A stretch of 28,704 nucleotides of DNA from a virus. Taxonomy: Duplodnaviria > Caudoviricetes. The first letter of the stretch is position 1, and every line of letters begins with the position of its first letter. The position numbers and the translations under genes were made by a program. The notes under the pieces were generated by a model. That model saw only the letters and a program-made list of their open reading frames with translations, ran no database searches and was not told the origin of the DNA. The stretch spans positions 1 through 28,704 of the IMG/VR virus record IMGVR_UViG_3300020045_004684; one strand, written 5' to 3'. Shown here piece by piece: positions 1-9,657 of the stretch.

Positions 1-132
1 CTGATCATTCTCGCTGGTGATTTTGAGGTAACGACTGACTATTCTGTGACAGCAAAGGGTATTCGCTATCGCTTGCAAACGGCTGATCAGGACGCGGCTG
101 GTTCTCATTGGGTCTGCCGAGGTCGCCCATGA
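1..132 (+). CDS. Partial CDS (C-terminus), probable head-tail adaptor/closure protein
   Basis: Frame 1 is open from the window edge (LIILAGDFEVTTDYSVTAKGIRYRLQTADQDAAGSHWVCRGRP*). Its TGA overlaps the next ATG (ATGA). Position upstream of the tail genes. Confidence 0.6.
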   Translation: MIILAGDFEVTTDYSVTAKGIRYRLQTADQDAAGSHWVCRGRP

Positions 133-539
133 TCAAAGGCGCTGATTCACATATCAAGCGGATGGTGCGTCTAACCAGTCCTGCCATGGTCGCGGAAGCC
201 GGTAAGGCTGTCTATGCGGCTGCTAATATGCACGCTGTTGATGCTGCTTTGTCGATCACAAAGGGCGCTGTTTCAGGTAGGGGACACGTCGCATCAAAGC
301 CGGGTGAACCACCAAACGCTGATACTCATTTGCTTGATCGTTCGATTGAGGCGGCGAAAACAGGCCCGTTGAAAGCTGAAAGTTCGGCAAACGCGCCCTA
401 TGCTGTCAAACTTGAAAAAGGCTCAAGCAAGGTATCGGCCCGCCCATTTATGGAACCGGCTGCAAAGCGGGTTAGGCCGATGATGACTAAACTCCTGCAA
501 CAAGCGGTTGACCGCGTGGCAAAAGGTGGCACACTATGA
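129..539 (+). CDS. HK97 gp10-like tail/neck component
   Basis: Motifs 'SKPGEPPNADT..L', 'APYAVKLE.G' and 'ARPFMEPA'. ATG at 129 is coupled to the upstream stop. Confidence 0.8.
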   Translation: MIKGADSHIKRMVRLTSPAMVAEAGKAVYAAANMHAVDAALSITKGAVSGRGHVASKPGEPPNADTHLLDRSIEAAKTGPLKAESSANAPYAVKLEKGSSKVSARPFMEPAAKRVRPMMTKLLQQAVDRVAKGGTL

Positions 540-775
540 AAGTCCGATTCACAGAAGATTTTAACTATCGCTTCCCGTCGCGGGCTGAGCAGTTTTTCCC
601 GTCTGGTTTTGAAGGCACGGTAAAGCGCGAGATCGGCACGGCGGCGATAGCCAAAGGCAAGGCTATTGACACGACTCCCTCCAACGCAGGAAGCGATAGA
701 GCATTGGTTGAACCTGACGTTCCTGATGATGGTAGCGCCGTGCTTCGGTCTACCGTGGGTAGTGGCTCCGAGTAA
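536..775 (+). CDS. Small hypothetical virion-module protein
   Basis: 79-aa ORF with an ATGA overlap, inside the tail operon. Confidence 0.65.
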   Translation: MKVRFTEDFNYRFPSRAEQFFPSGFEGTVKREIGTAAIAKGKAIDTTPSNAGSDRALVEPDVPDDGSAVLRSTVGSGSE

Positions 776-780
776 CGACA

Positions 781-1182
781 ATGAGCCTAGACCCCTCTCT
801 GATCGTGCGTGGCATGATCCTGACAGCCCTGAAAGCCGATAGCGCGCTAGGATTGATCACATCGCGGCATTATCCCAAGAAAGCGCCTGCCAATCCGGTG
901 TTCCCGTTCACGCGAACTGAGGCCAATATCAACACGCCTATCCGCCCTTCAGGTTCGACAGGCGGGGTTGTTTCGGGCTCCGTCCATTGTTTCACGAAAC
1001 TAAGCGCGGCTGTGATTGACCCGGAAAGCCAGTGCGCTGCGATCAACAGTCGCGTGACTGAGATATTGCATGGGATGGATGAGGTCTACGTCTCTCAAAG
1101 CCAAATCGTCATGGACGCCGACGAGCCTGACTGTTTTCATGGCTTCGTTTCATTTGATGCGACGGTGATTGACCGTCCGTAG
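781..1182 (+). CDS. Tail terminator/completion protein (DUF3168-like)
   Basis: 133 aa with 'P..P.FPF' and a C-terminal 'FHGFVSFDA'. Lies directly upstream of the tail tube gene. Confidence 0.75.
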   Translation: MSLDPSLIVRGMILTALKADSALGLITSRHYPKKAPANPVFPFTRTEANINTPIRPSGSTGGVVSGSVHCFTKLSAAVIDPESQCAAINSRVTEILHGMDEVYVSQSQIVMDADEPDCFHGFVSFDATVIDRP

Positions 1183-1184
1183 CG
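1174..1184 (+). promoter_or_regulatory. Putative late-promoter motif CGTCCGTAGCG (copy 1)
   Basis: The same 11-mer occurs at 8594-8604. Both copies sit at the start of an intergenic gap in the late operon. Confidence 0.35.
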
Positions 1185-1234
1185 ACAAACCATAGCCATA
1201 CATAAGCCTATCCCGTATTTTCGGGAGACCATGA

Positions 1235-1684
1235 ATGGCTTACACCACAGTTTTGAAGGGCAATTATTGCGACGTCCTGTTTGGCGATGGCGCGGTAACT
1301 GAGGTTTTCACGCAGCTTTGCGGTATGTCCACGCGGGGCCTTTCAATCACATACGCCTCTGCTTTTGAAGGTGTTGACTATGACTGCGCAGACCCTGAGG
1401 CTATAGCGATCACGCTGCGTGAGGTAGGCGCACAAGACTGGTCAATCTCTGGCTCTGGCTTCTACAATCGCGGACAACAGACGGCATTGCGCGATCTTTT
1501 GGGTACGACCGGAAATTATCGTTTCCGCATTTCAGAAGATGCTGCGGACAACATTGATGACGGCTACTGGCAGGGCCGCGCTTTCATTTCCGCCTATGAA
1601 GTCACCGGCAATGACGGCGAAAATGCGCAAATCAGCATCACGATAACCGGCGCTGGCCTCATTGAATGGACGGCTGCTGTCTAA
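1235..1684 (+). CDS. Major tail (tube) protein, GTA/TP901-1-like
   Basis: 149 aa, acidic and beta-rich, with 'WSISGSG' and 'WQGRAFISAYEVTG'. GGAG RBS upstream; synteny. Confidence 0.85.
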   Translation: MAYTTVLKGNYCDVLFGDGAVTEVFTQLCGMSTRGLSITYASAFEGVDYDCADPEAIAITLREVGAQDWSISGSGFYNRGQQTALRDLLGTTGNYRFRISEDAADNIDDGYWQGRAFISAYEVTGNDGENAQISITITGAGLIEWTAAV

Positions 1685-2073
1685 TGCAGCAATCAATCCC
1701 CCTGCCCTTTGGTGACGGCGAATACCAGTTCCGTTTATCATGGGCGGGGGCATCTGAAATTGAGCGCAAGTCGAACGCTACGATCCTTGTTATTTTTGAC
1801 AGGGTGATGAACGGGCAAGCATCGCTTTCGGATATAGTCGAGACGATCCGGCAAGGTTTGATTGGCGGCGAGGGTGGGGTGGTCGATGCATCTCCCGTTG
1901 ATACCCCCCCTCATGTCGTAAATTCCTTGCTTGAGCGTTATGTGACAGGCCCTGAACGCGAGCCGCTGGCAGATAGCCTGTCGATCACGCGGGCTGTCTT
2001 GAGCGCATTTGTGGTTGGCTATGCACCGGCTCAAAAAAAAAGCGGGGACGCGGGGGAAGAGACACCCGAATAG
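1684..2073 (+). CDS. Tail assembly chaperone (gpG analogue, GTA gp10-like)
   Basis: Lies between tube and tape measure genes. 'ETIRQGLIGG' motif; ends in a slippery A-run. Confidence 0.8.
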   Translation: MQQSIPLPFGDGEYQFRLSWAGASEIERKSNATILVIFDRVMNGQASLSDIVETIRQGLIGGEGGVVDASPVDTPPHVVNSLLERYVTGPEREPLADSLSITRAVLSAFVVGYAPAQKKSGDAGEETPE

Positions 2074-2279
2074 ATAGGGGTGAAATACTCGGCAATTGTG
2101 CCCTTATGGGGATAGGCCCGGTAGAAGCCTCTAATTTGACTTTGAGTGATTATCAGGCGGTTTTGTTCCATTGGGAACGCGCCCATTCGGCAGAGGAAGA
2201 GTTGGAAGCGCCTGACCCTGAATTTGTCAAAACCCGCCAAGCTAAACTGGCAGCGGAAGGCGTAAGGATACTCCACTAA
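2040..2279 (+). CDS. -1 frameshift extension of the tail chaperone (gpGT analogue)
   Basis: A9 run at 2033-2041. The -1 frame is open to TAA 2277-2279, which overlaps the tape measure ATG. Confidence 0.8.
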   Translation, partial: KRGRGGRDTRIDRGEILGNCALMGIGPVEASNLTLSDYQAVLFHWERAHSAEEELEAPDPEFVKTRQAKLAAEGVRILH

Positions 2280-5149
2280 TGGCGGTCACTGCTGATAAAG
2301 TCATTGTCGAGTTTGAGGCCCGCTTGGCGAAATACAACGCTGACCTCAAATCGTCCACGTCGCTTTTCCAGTCCAGCATCAAGCGTCAAGAGGATAGCAT
2401 TAAGGCGCTTGAGCGTCAGATGCGCGCTTCATCCGGTCAGATTAGCGCTAATATCAAGGGTATCGCGGCAACGCTAGCAGCGGCATTTTCAACGCAACAG
2501 TTGGTTGGCTTGCTGGATAGCTTCACCCGACTGCAAAATAATCTCAAGGTGGCAGGGATTGAAGGCACGAACCTTAAGGAGGTTCAGGACCGTCTCTATG
2601 AAAGCGCGCAAAAATATGGGGTCGGTCTTGAAGGGTTGTCAGCGCTGTTCGGCAAGTCTGTGCAGGCGACGTCTGCATTTGGCGCAACGCAGGAACAATT
2701 ATTCACACTGACAGACGCTGTTTCCGCGTCCCTCAAAATTCAGGGCACATCTGCTGAACAGGCGCAGGGCGCGCTCTTGCAGTTGGCGCAAGCCTTGCAG
2801 TCTGGCACAGTGCGGGCGGAAGAATTTAATTCGATCAATGAAGGCATGTTCCCACTTTTGCAGGCGGCCGCGCGTGGTTCTGACCTTTGGGGTGGTTCCG
2901 TCGCGAAACTGCGTAAGGACGTGATTGATGGCAAGGTATCGAGTGAACAATTCTTCAATGCAATTCTTAAGGGCGCTGGAACACTTGAAGGCCCCGCGTC
3001 TAAAGCGACTCTGACATTATCTGGTGGCCTAACGACGCTAACCAATGCGATCACGGTATATTTTGGGGAAGCGGACAAGGCGAACGGGATCACAGCTGCG
3101 TTTGGTTCTGCCATGGCCGCGATGGCTGAAAATATCGATACTGTGATGGAAGCTTTGGCGGTTGTCGCAACGGTGCTGACTGCACGTTATCTGGCAGGGG
3201 TTGTGTCAGCGACTATCGCGACGGCGGCTCTAGGCGCGACTGCAACCGGGGCGGCTGGCGCAATGGGTATCATGGGCGCTGCGTCATTTGCCTTGTCAGC
3301 GCGTCTTGCAGGGGCTGCAACCACCATGGAAGCTGCTGCTTTCGCGGCTAGGGGTATGGGTGCTGCGATGATGGGCGCGGTTGGCGGGCCGATTGGTCTA
3401 GCTGTTCTCGCCCTTGCTGGTGGATTGGCGTATCTAGCGACACAAGAAACCTATGTCGAAAAGACTGCCAGCGCGGTCAAGAATGCCCAAAATGAAGCGG
3501 CTCAGGTAACGGACAAACTCCGTCAAGCGACCGACACTTTGGCGAATGCGACAGGACAGGCTCGCGTTGAGGCACTGGCGAATGCCAAAGCGGTTAGAGA
3601 GGAAACGCTGCAATATCTGGCGAATGCCAAGGCAGCCCTTGCCGCTGCAAAGGCTAAAGCCGTCCAGGCGCGGACTGAATTTGAAGTCAACAAGCGCACG
3701 GCTGAGAACTCAATGCGCTACAGCACACGTGACACAGGCGTATTGACTGCCGATGTGAGTGCGGGCGCTGTCCAAAACACGACGATTGCTGAAAAGGCGG
3801 CTGAGGCCAAGGTTAAGAAACTTGAGGCTGATGTTGCCGCAGCGTCCAAGATTATTGACACGTCAGCGCCAAAAGGTGTTGCGGCTGTCACGCCGGGGAA
3901 GGCGTCCAAGAGAACGGGCGGTAGTGGTGGCGCTGGTCCGTCCGGCCCTTCTGCGTCTGAAATTGAAGCCCGGTTCAATGAGGAAGTATCGCGGTTAGAC
4001 CAAGAGGAAATTCGCGCCAAGATGCAACTCGCCAAGGGGGCTGAGGATCGGGCAGACCTTGACGCTGAATTGCGAGCGGTCGAACGTGAGGACCGGATTA
4101 CGCAAGTCCAAGCGAATAAGGATTACACGGCTGCGCAGAAAGACGCGCTGATTAAGTCTATCAACGCGCTTTATGGCATCCCTGCGAAATATGACGAACA
4201 GGGCAACCTTATCGTTTCGGCAACGCAGAGCCTTTACGGGCAGGTTGCAGCGCTGGAAAAGACGCGCCAGATCGAACAGGAAATTGCGGACAAGGCATCT
4301 GCCAAATTTGACGCAGACCAAGAGACGTTAGACCTTCGATTGGCAGAGGCGAAAACCCTTGACGAACGCCGCACAATCCAACTCGAAATGGTGGACTTGG
4401 CAGGTCAGCACAAAAAGGCAATGCTTGAGGCTATTGTTGCGTCTCAGGCTTCCACCGATGCTGAAAAAGAGATTGCCCGCATTCGGTTGGGGCAACTTGT
4501 GGATGAGCAGAAGCGCGCCAAGATCGATGTGCGGAATAACAACCTATCGCCATTGGACGCATACCGCAAACAAGTCTCTGACGTTGGCAATGACATAAAT
4601 TCCTCTCTCGAAGCGGTTCAAGTGGACGGCCTTCAAGCGTTGAATGATGGTCTAACCGATGCGATTATGGGGGCAAAGTCGCTTGGCGATGTGTTCAAAA
4701 ATGTGGCGAAACAGATCATCTCTGACTTGATCCGCATTGCTATTCAGCAGGCGATTGTAGCGCCATTGCTACAATCTCTTGGCGCAAGTGGTGGAAGTAG
4801 TGGAAGCGGCTTCTTTACGTCTATCCTGTCCGCATTTGGCGGCGCTCGCGCAAGTGGCGGGCCTGTTTCAGCGGGTAATGCGTATCTCGTAGGCGAGAAT
4901 GGCCCGGAGATCATCACGCCACGGTCAAACGGCATGGTTATTCCAAACCACCAACTCAAGGCGAACGGCGGCGGGGGCATGTCACAAATCATCCAAGTTG
5001 ACGCTCGCGGCGCGGTGATGAATGATCAGTTCGCGTCGATGATCCTTGCGCGGGCTGATCAGTCCGCAAAGGGTTATGCGGGGGCCGCTTACACAAGCGC
5101 AGTTAAAGCCGCTCCGGGTGCTATTGCGAGTAAAAAGCGCTATGGCTAG
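2279..5149 (+). CDS. Tail tape measure protein
   Basis: 956 aa, Ala-rich and helical. N-terminal tape-measure domain ('QLAQALQSGTVRAEEFNSINE') and C-terminal 'RASGGPV..G..YLVGENGPE'. Confidence 0.95.
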   Translation: MAVTADKVIVEFEARLAKYNADLKSSTSLFQSSIKRQEDSIKALERQMRASSGQISANIKGIAATLAAAFSTQQLVGLLDSFTRLQNNLKVAGIEGTNLKEVQDRLYESAQKYGVGLEGLSALFGKSVQATSAFGATQEQLFTLTDAVSASLKIQGTSAEQAQGALLQLAQALQSGTVRAEEFNSINEGMFPLLQAAARGSDLWGGSVAKLRKDVIDGKVSSEQFFNAILKGAGTLEGPASKATLTLSGGLTTLTNAITVYFGEADKANGITAAFGSAMAAMAENIDTVMEALAVVATVLTARYLAGVVSATIATAALGATATGAAGAMGIMGAASFALSARLAGAATTMEAAAFAARGMGAAMMGAVGGPIGLAVLALAGGLAYLATQETYVEKTASAVKNAQNEAAQVTDKLRQATDTLANATGQARVEALANAKAVREETLQYLANAKAALAAAKAKAVQARTEFEVNKRTAENSMRYSTRDTGVLTADVSAGAVQNTTIAEKAAEAKVKKLEADVAAASKIIDTSAPKGVAAVTPGKASKRTGGSGGAGPSGPSASEIEARFNEEVSRLDQEEIRAKMQLAKGAEDRADLDAELRAVEREDRITQVQANKDYTAAQKDALIKSINALYGIPAKYDEQGNLIVSATQSLYGQVAALEKTRQIEQEIADKASAKFDADQETLDLRLAEAKTLDERRTIQLEMVDLAGQHKKAMLEAIVASQASTDAEKEIARIRLGQLVDEQKRAKIDVRNNNLSPLDAYRKQVSDVGNDINSSLEAVQVDGLQALNDGLTDAIMGAKSLGDVFKNVAKQIISDLIRIAIQQAIVAPLLQSLGASGGSSGSGFFTSILSAFGGARASGGPVSAGNAYLVGENGPEIITPRSNGMVIPNHQLKANGGGGMSQIIQVDARGAVMNDQFASMILARADQSAKGYAGAAYTSAVKAAPGAIASKKRYG

Positions 5150-5672
5150 TCACCGCTTCTCATATCTGATTGAAGTCGATTGCACCCCACCTGCTTATGT
5201 GTGGACGGGGCATGGTCGGCTTGAATATGCGTCAAAGACATATCTTGGCGCTGGCCATATCTTGTCTGTCCCGGATATTAAATTGCTAATCAACGGGGTT
5301 GCGGAGCGGCTGGAATTTTCCTTTTCTGGCGTGAGTGAGGAATCCTTGCGGCTTGCGGTAGAGGATAGAGAGACAGTCTATCTCGCGCCCGCTCGCATAG
5401 GTCGTGTGACGTTCGATACTGACTGGCAGGTAACAGGTATCGACTGGCAATGGCATGGTGTTGCAGACGGGATAACGGTTGCATCACGACCGACTGACAA
5501 TGGGCGTGAGCGCAAGGTTACAATCAAGCTGGCAAGCGCTGACACGAAGCGTTCTAACCCACAAATTGCTTTTTTCAGTGACGCAGATCAACGCAAGCGC
5601 TCGCCTGACGATGTTTTCTTTTCTCACGTTGCCAAGATCAATCGCGGCGTTTCTCGGAGGTTCGGCGGGTGA
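5142..5672 (+). CDS. Minor tail / baseplate hub protein (DUF2163-like)
   Basis: 'WTGHG.L......YLGAG' and 'DQRKRSPDD.FF'. ATG at 5142 overlaps the tape measure end. Confidence 0.7.
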   Translation: MASHRFSYLIEVDCTPPAYVWTGHGRLEYASKTYLGAGHILSVPDIKLLINGVAERLEFSFSGVSEESLRLAVEDRETVYLAPARIGRVTFDTDWQVTGIDWQWHGVADGITVASRPTDNGRERKVTIKLASADTKRSNPQIAFFSDADQRKRSPDDVFFSHVAKINRGVSRRFGG

Positions 5673-6043
5673 CACTTGGCGAGTATCTTAAACAGGCAGC
5701 GTCAAAGCCGTTTGCGTGGGCTATCCATGATTGCAGCACATTCGCGGCTGATTGGGTTGTGTCTCAAACTGGTAAAGACCCTATGGCGTCAATCCGGGGG
5801 CAGTATGATGATGAAGAAACGGGCTTGAGCCTAATTTCTAGCCACGCACAGGGCCTTTATGGCCTTTGGGCTGATAACATGGCTGGAATCTGGAAAGAGG
5901 GGCAGGGAGACGGCGCAATCGGCATCTTGAATATCGCGGGGCAGGACTATTGCGGCATCATGACTGGCGATAAATGGGCAGTGCTTTCCGTTCGTGGCCT
6001 TAGGGTTTCTCCCTTCAAGGCAGTGGTGTCGTGGCATGGCTAA
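5669..6043 (+). CDS. NlpC/P60-like tail-associated protein (DUF6950-like)
   Basis: 'PFAWAIHDCSTFAADWV' motif; position between hub and tip genes. Confidence 0.75.
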   Translation: MTLGEYLKQAASKPFAWAIHDCSTFAADWVVSQTGKDPMASIRGQYDDEETGLSLISSHAQGLYGLWADNMAGIWKEGQGDGAIGILNIAGQDYCGIMTGDKWAVLSVRGLRVSPFKAVVSWHG

Positions 6044-7868
6044 CTTTTTCGCATCAATTATCGGGATGCTTGGCGGACCGTTCGGGGTTCTCGGGGGCGT
6101 GGTTACAGGTCAAGATACGGGCTTGATCGGCGGTCTACTCGGCTTGAACCCAAAAGGGAAAAGGCCTGACATGGCTGAAACACAGTTGAGGGAGCCTGTT
6201 AGCCCGCGTGTGTATTGCTATGGAACGCGCCGGGTCTACGGTAATATCGATCTTTTTCAAACGTCTGCGGATGGCGCTGCTGTTGATGTGCTATCCTATC
6301 TCGATGGCAGGATTAGCGCTGTTCCTCGTATTTACCTCAATGACAAGCAGGTTACGGTGACGAGCGGCATCGTCCAGCCTTTGGCAGATGGTTCCTATAA
6401 AGACGATAATGTTAAAGTGGGCTTCAATCTTGGCCTTGCGACTGAAACTGCGTTCGCGCCGGTTGTCGCTAAACTGCCGACGATCTGGACAACGGATCAT
6501 CGCGGGGACGGGATCGTATCGGGCTATCTGATCAAGGAGCCGGTCAAGGCTAAGCATTTTCTGGAAATTTACCCGCAAGGCGACAATATCCAATTGTCAG
6601 CCGTTTTTGACGCGCAACTCTGCTTTGATCCACGTGAGGTGTCGCACGATATAAACGACCCTGACACATGGGCATTCGCGTATAATGGCGTCCTGCAATT
6701 GCTGCATTATTTCGTAGTGCGGCTGGGCTATGATTACACGACCCGCATTCTGCCTAAGATTGATATGTGGAAGGACGCCGCTGATATTTGTGATGAATCT
6801 ATCTCATTATCGGCTGGTGGTACGGAAGCCCGCTACCGCTCAAGCGTGATGTATGACAGCACGGCTGAGCCGAGTGAGGTTATAGCGTCCCTGCTAGAGA
6901 CGTTCGACGGATGGTATGCGGTCAATTCAGAAAACCAACTCATCATCTACGCCGGGGCTTACTATGCTCCGTCTGTTACAATCGGGCCTGAGCATATCAC
7001 AGAATATGAGCATCAAGCCTATGTTGAAGATGAAAACTTCTATAATGAATTTGCGATAACCTATATCTCAAGCCTTCATGATTATAACGAGGTCGATTGC
7101 GACCCGTGGCGCGATGATGTTGATATTTCGGCCCGTGGCGCTGTCAACTCGCAAGGAATTAGCCCGCAAACACCGTCATTCACACAAAACAGACGCCTCG
7201 CAAAAATGCTCATGGCACGAACGAACGCACCCGATAGAGGAAGTATCAAGACGAACTACGCGGGCCGCATTGCAGAAGGTGAGCGGTTCATCACACTTAA
7301 TCTTGTAGAGGCTGGCACGACGCTTTTCAGTGGACCTGTCGAGATTGTTGCAGTGACGCGCAATTCAGACACGGGTGGCATTACATTTGAATGGGTTAAG
7401 GCGGATAGCACCGCTTGGGATTGGGATAATGCCGATGATGGACAAGGAGCGCCTGTGGGTGATAGCGCCACGCTCGATACGTTGACGACGCCCACAATCA
7501 CAGGCGTGACAGCTACCTATGATGCCGCACAAGTGAATGCGGTTCTGGTTGTCTCCGTTTCCGCTTTAGATCGGGCAGACTTGACCTGGTATCTACGATG
7601 GAAGCCAAACGGGACAACGGATTGGCACGAAAGCCAATATGACGATCTTGACCCCGGCGCGACAGTTCAAATTCAGACGGGGACAGTGCCTGTTGATTCA
7701 GACGTTGACCTGCAAGTCTCATATGCGACGGGCACGGGGCAAAATTCGGCATGGTCTAGCACATACACATTCACGACCGACGCACCGGCTTTGGGTGGTA
7801 ACTTGGACGGTGGTAATGCCTCAAGCGTCTATGGCGGAACGGATATTATCGACGGGGGTAGTGCATAA
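6036..7868 (+). CDS. Tail tip / central fibre protein (gpJ-like)
   Basis: About 610 aa with 'PRVYCYGTRRVYG', 'W..DHRGDG' and a C-terminal FN3-like beta domain. ATG at 6036. Confidence 0.8.
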   Translation: MANFFASIIGMLGGPFGVLGGVVTGQDTGLIGGLLGLNPKGKRPDMAETQLREPVSPRVYCYGTRRVYGNIDLFQTSADGAAVDVLSYLDGRISAVPRIYLNDKQVTVTSGIVQPLADGSYKDDNVKVGFNLGLATETAFAPVVAKLPTIWTTDHRGDGIVSGYLIKEPVKAKHFLEIYPQGDNIQLSAVFDAQLCFDPREVSHDINDPDTWAFAYNGVLQLLHYFVVRLGYDYTTRILPKIDMWKDAADICDESISLSAGGTEARYRSSVMYDSTAEPSEVIASLLETFDGWYAVNSENQLIIYAGAYYAPSVTIGPEHITEYEHQAYVEDENFYNEFAITYISSLHDYNEVDCDPWRDDVDISARGAVNSQGISPQTPSFTQNRRLAKMLMARTNAPDRGSIKTNYAGRIAEGERFITLNLVEAGTTLFSGPVEIVAVTRNSDTGGITFEWVKADSTAWDWDNADDGQGAPVGDSATLDTLTTPTITGVTATYDAAQVNAVLVVSVSALDRADLTWYLRWKPNGTTDWHESQYDDLDPGATVQIQTGTVPVDSDVDLQVSYATGTGQNSAWSSTYTFTTDAPALGGNLDGGNASSVYGGTDIIDGGSA

Positions 7869-8590
7869 TGGCGCAGAAAATCCAGATCAGGCGCGACACG
7901 GCAGCGAATTGGACCTCTGCTGACCCGACGCTTGCACAAGGCGAATGGGGCCTTGAGACTGACACGAAAAAGCTAAAGTTAGGCGATGGCGCGACAGCGT
8001 GGGCTTCGCTTGCCTATGTGTCGTTTACCGCTGCTGATATTTCTGACTTTGCAGAGTCGGTTGACGATAGGGTCGCTGCTCTCGTTACTGCTGGTGGCAG
8101 CCTGATCATCAGCTATAACGACGCTGGCAATGCGCTGTCTATTTCAGATGGTTGGACATACATTAAACTGGCGTCGGACTTCACGACTGCCAGCGCGGCG
8201 GCTGTTGACGTGACTGCCTTCAACTTCACCCCGGCGGCGTCCAAGACCTATGTCATGGAAGGGGAGTTGCTAGTTCAGACCGCTACGGCAACAGAAGGCC
8301 CGCGCCCCGGCTTTTCGTGGGCAACAGGCTTGAGCGACGGTGTGGGCTGGGCTAACTGCCCAAACTCTGCCAGTGCGGAAGCTATCCACCGCGTTCCCTC
8401 AGGAACGGAAGTTGTGGCATCCTCTACCGGCCTCCCTCTGACAGGGACAAGTTACCCCGCAAAGATCGGCGCGACATTCATCACAGGGGCGTCACCCTCT
8501 GGCAACATTCAAGTGCGATTGAGGGCTGAAACAGGCGCGGCGAACGTTACCATGAAGGCTGGTAGCTGGTTGCGATACAGGACGATCTAG
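7868..8590 (+). CDS. Tail fibre protein with Mtd-N/hyaluronidase-like N-terminal domain
   Basis: N-terminus 'IQIRRDTAANWTSADPTLAQGEWGLETDTKKLKLGDG' is the characteristic motif. Confidence 0.8.
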   Translation: MAQKIQIRRDTAANWTSADPTLAQGEWGLETDTKKLKLGDGATAWASLAYVSFTAADISDFAESVDDRVAALVTAGGSLIISYNDAGNALSISDGWTYIKLASDFTTASAAAVDVTAFNFTPAASKTYVMEGELLVQTATATEGPRPGFSWATGLSDGVGWANCPNSASAEAIHRVPSGTEVVASSTGLPLTGTSYPAKIGATFITGASPSGNIQVRLRAETGAANVTMKAGSWLRYRTI

Positions 8591-8593
8591 CCG

Positions 8594-8604
8594 CGTCCGT
8601 AGCG
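8594..8604 (+). promoter_or_regulatory. Putative late-promoter motif CGTCCGTAGCG (copy 2)
   Basis: Identical to 1174-1184; lies in the gap before the 8636 ORF. Confidence 0.35.
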
Positions 8605-8635
8605 TCCGTAATGCAGGCATGGGCAAGCATCGCCT

Positions 8636-9298
8636 ATGTTTGTTTTTCCTATTCATCTGTTCAATCCCGGCGATGTGAAAGCGGACGTTATTGGTCGCAC
8701 GATCACGGGCGGGGAAGCATTGAACGGGGAAGAGGATGTTATCGCGACCGACGGCGGCGGGCGTTGGGAAATCTATTTCAGCAAGATCAATCTCAACACA
8801 CCTGATAAAATACGGATTTGGGATGCGTGGCAGGGCTATCTTGCAGCGGGGGTGGTTGAATGCCTTGTTCCTATCCTCTCGCTCGTGACAGCGCCCAGAC
8901 CGGCCCAAGGGAGGGGTTTTGCGAGACCATCAAATATCCTTGCTGATGATCCTGTCTTTCCGACGTCCGTAACCTTTGCCAGCCCCTATATCATTGCGAC
9001 AGCGGGCGCGGGGGCGCTCAGGGCAACGTCTATCGAACTGACTGTGACCCAAGGCGCGACGTTAAAAGGCGGGGAAAAATTCTCGATTGGCGGCCATGCC
9101 TATAAGGTTATCCGCGAGACAGCGCCGGGTATTTTCCAGATCACTCCACCCCTTCGTGAAGCGGTAACGCTTGGGGCGTCCGTAGAGTTTGGATGGCCTC
9201 TTGTAAAATGTCGGCAAACACCGGGGAATTCATTTTCGCCAACGCTTTCAATGTCGAAATTTGGTGAGGCTGAAATCAGCTTTGTGGAGGTGCCATGA
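8636..9298 (+). CDS. Distal tail (Dit)-like protein
   Basis: 'DGGGRWEI', 'ITPPLREAV' and a terminal 'ISFVEV' resemble distal tail proteins of alphaproteobacterial siphoviruses. Confidence 0.55.
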   Translation: MFVFPIHLFNPGDVKADVIGRTITGGEALNGEEDVIATDGGGRWEIYFSKINLNTPDKIRIWDAWQGYLAAGVVECLVPILSLVTAPRPAQGRGFARPSNILADDPVFPTSVTFASPYIIATAGAGALRATSIELTVTQGATLKGGEKFSIGGHAYKVIRETAPGIFQITPPLREAVTLGASVEFGWPLVKCRQTPGNSFSPTLSMSKFGEAEISFVEVP

Positions 9299-9657
9299 CG
9301 GTTTTAATCACGAATGGCATTCTGAACTTTGAGGTTCCACGTAACGGCCATTGCGTCCGCGAGATTGTTCTGCGTGATAAAGGCGGGGACGTTATCGACC
9401 TGACAGGACATTCTTTTGCAGTCGATGCGAAGGAAGTTGCGGGTGGCGGAAGCGTTCTAGCGTCTGCAATCGTCAACATTGTTGATGCTACCACAGGCAC
9501 AATCGAAATAATTTGGGATGGCAGCGACTTTGACGCTTTCGGTTCCCAGTTCGAGACCGTGCGTGTCGCCTATGACATCAAAGACACATATCCAGACGGA
9601 CTGATTGACATTCCGTTCAGAGGGCAACTTTTCATCATTCCAGAGGTGACACTATGA
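9295..9657 (+). CDS. BppU-like fibre/baseplate adaptor protein
   Basis: 'IDLTG', 'DATTGTIEI', 'YDI' and 'G.L.IIPEVT' pattern; directly precedes the spike gene. Confidence 0.6.
   Translation: MTVLITNGILNFEVPRNGHCVREIVLRDKGGDVIDLTGHSFAVDAKEVAGGGSVLASAIVNIVDATTGTIEIIWDGSDFDAFGSQFETVRVAYDIKDTYPDGLIDIPFRGQLFIIPEVTL

Noticed and set aside
7868-8590. Diversity-generating retroelement target (Mtd-like N-terminus)
   Set aside because: No reverse transcriptase, TR/VR repeat pair or C-type lectin variable region is visible in the window.
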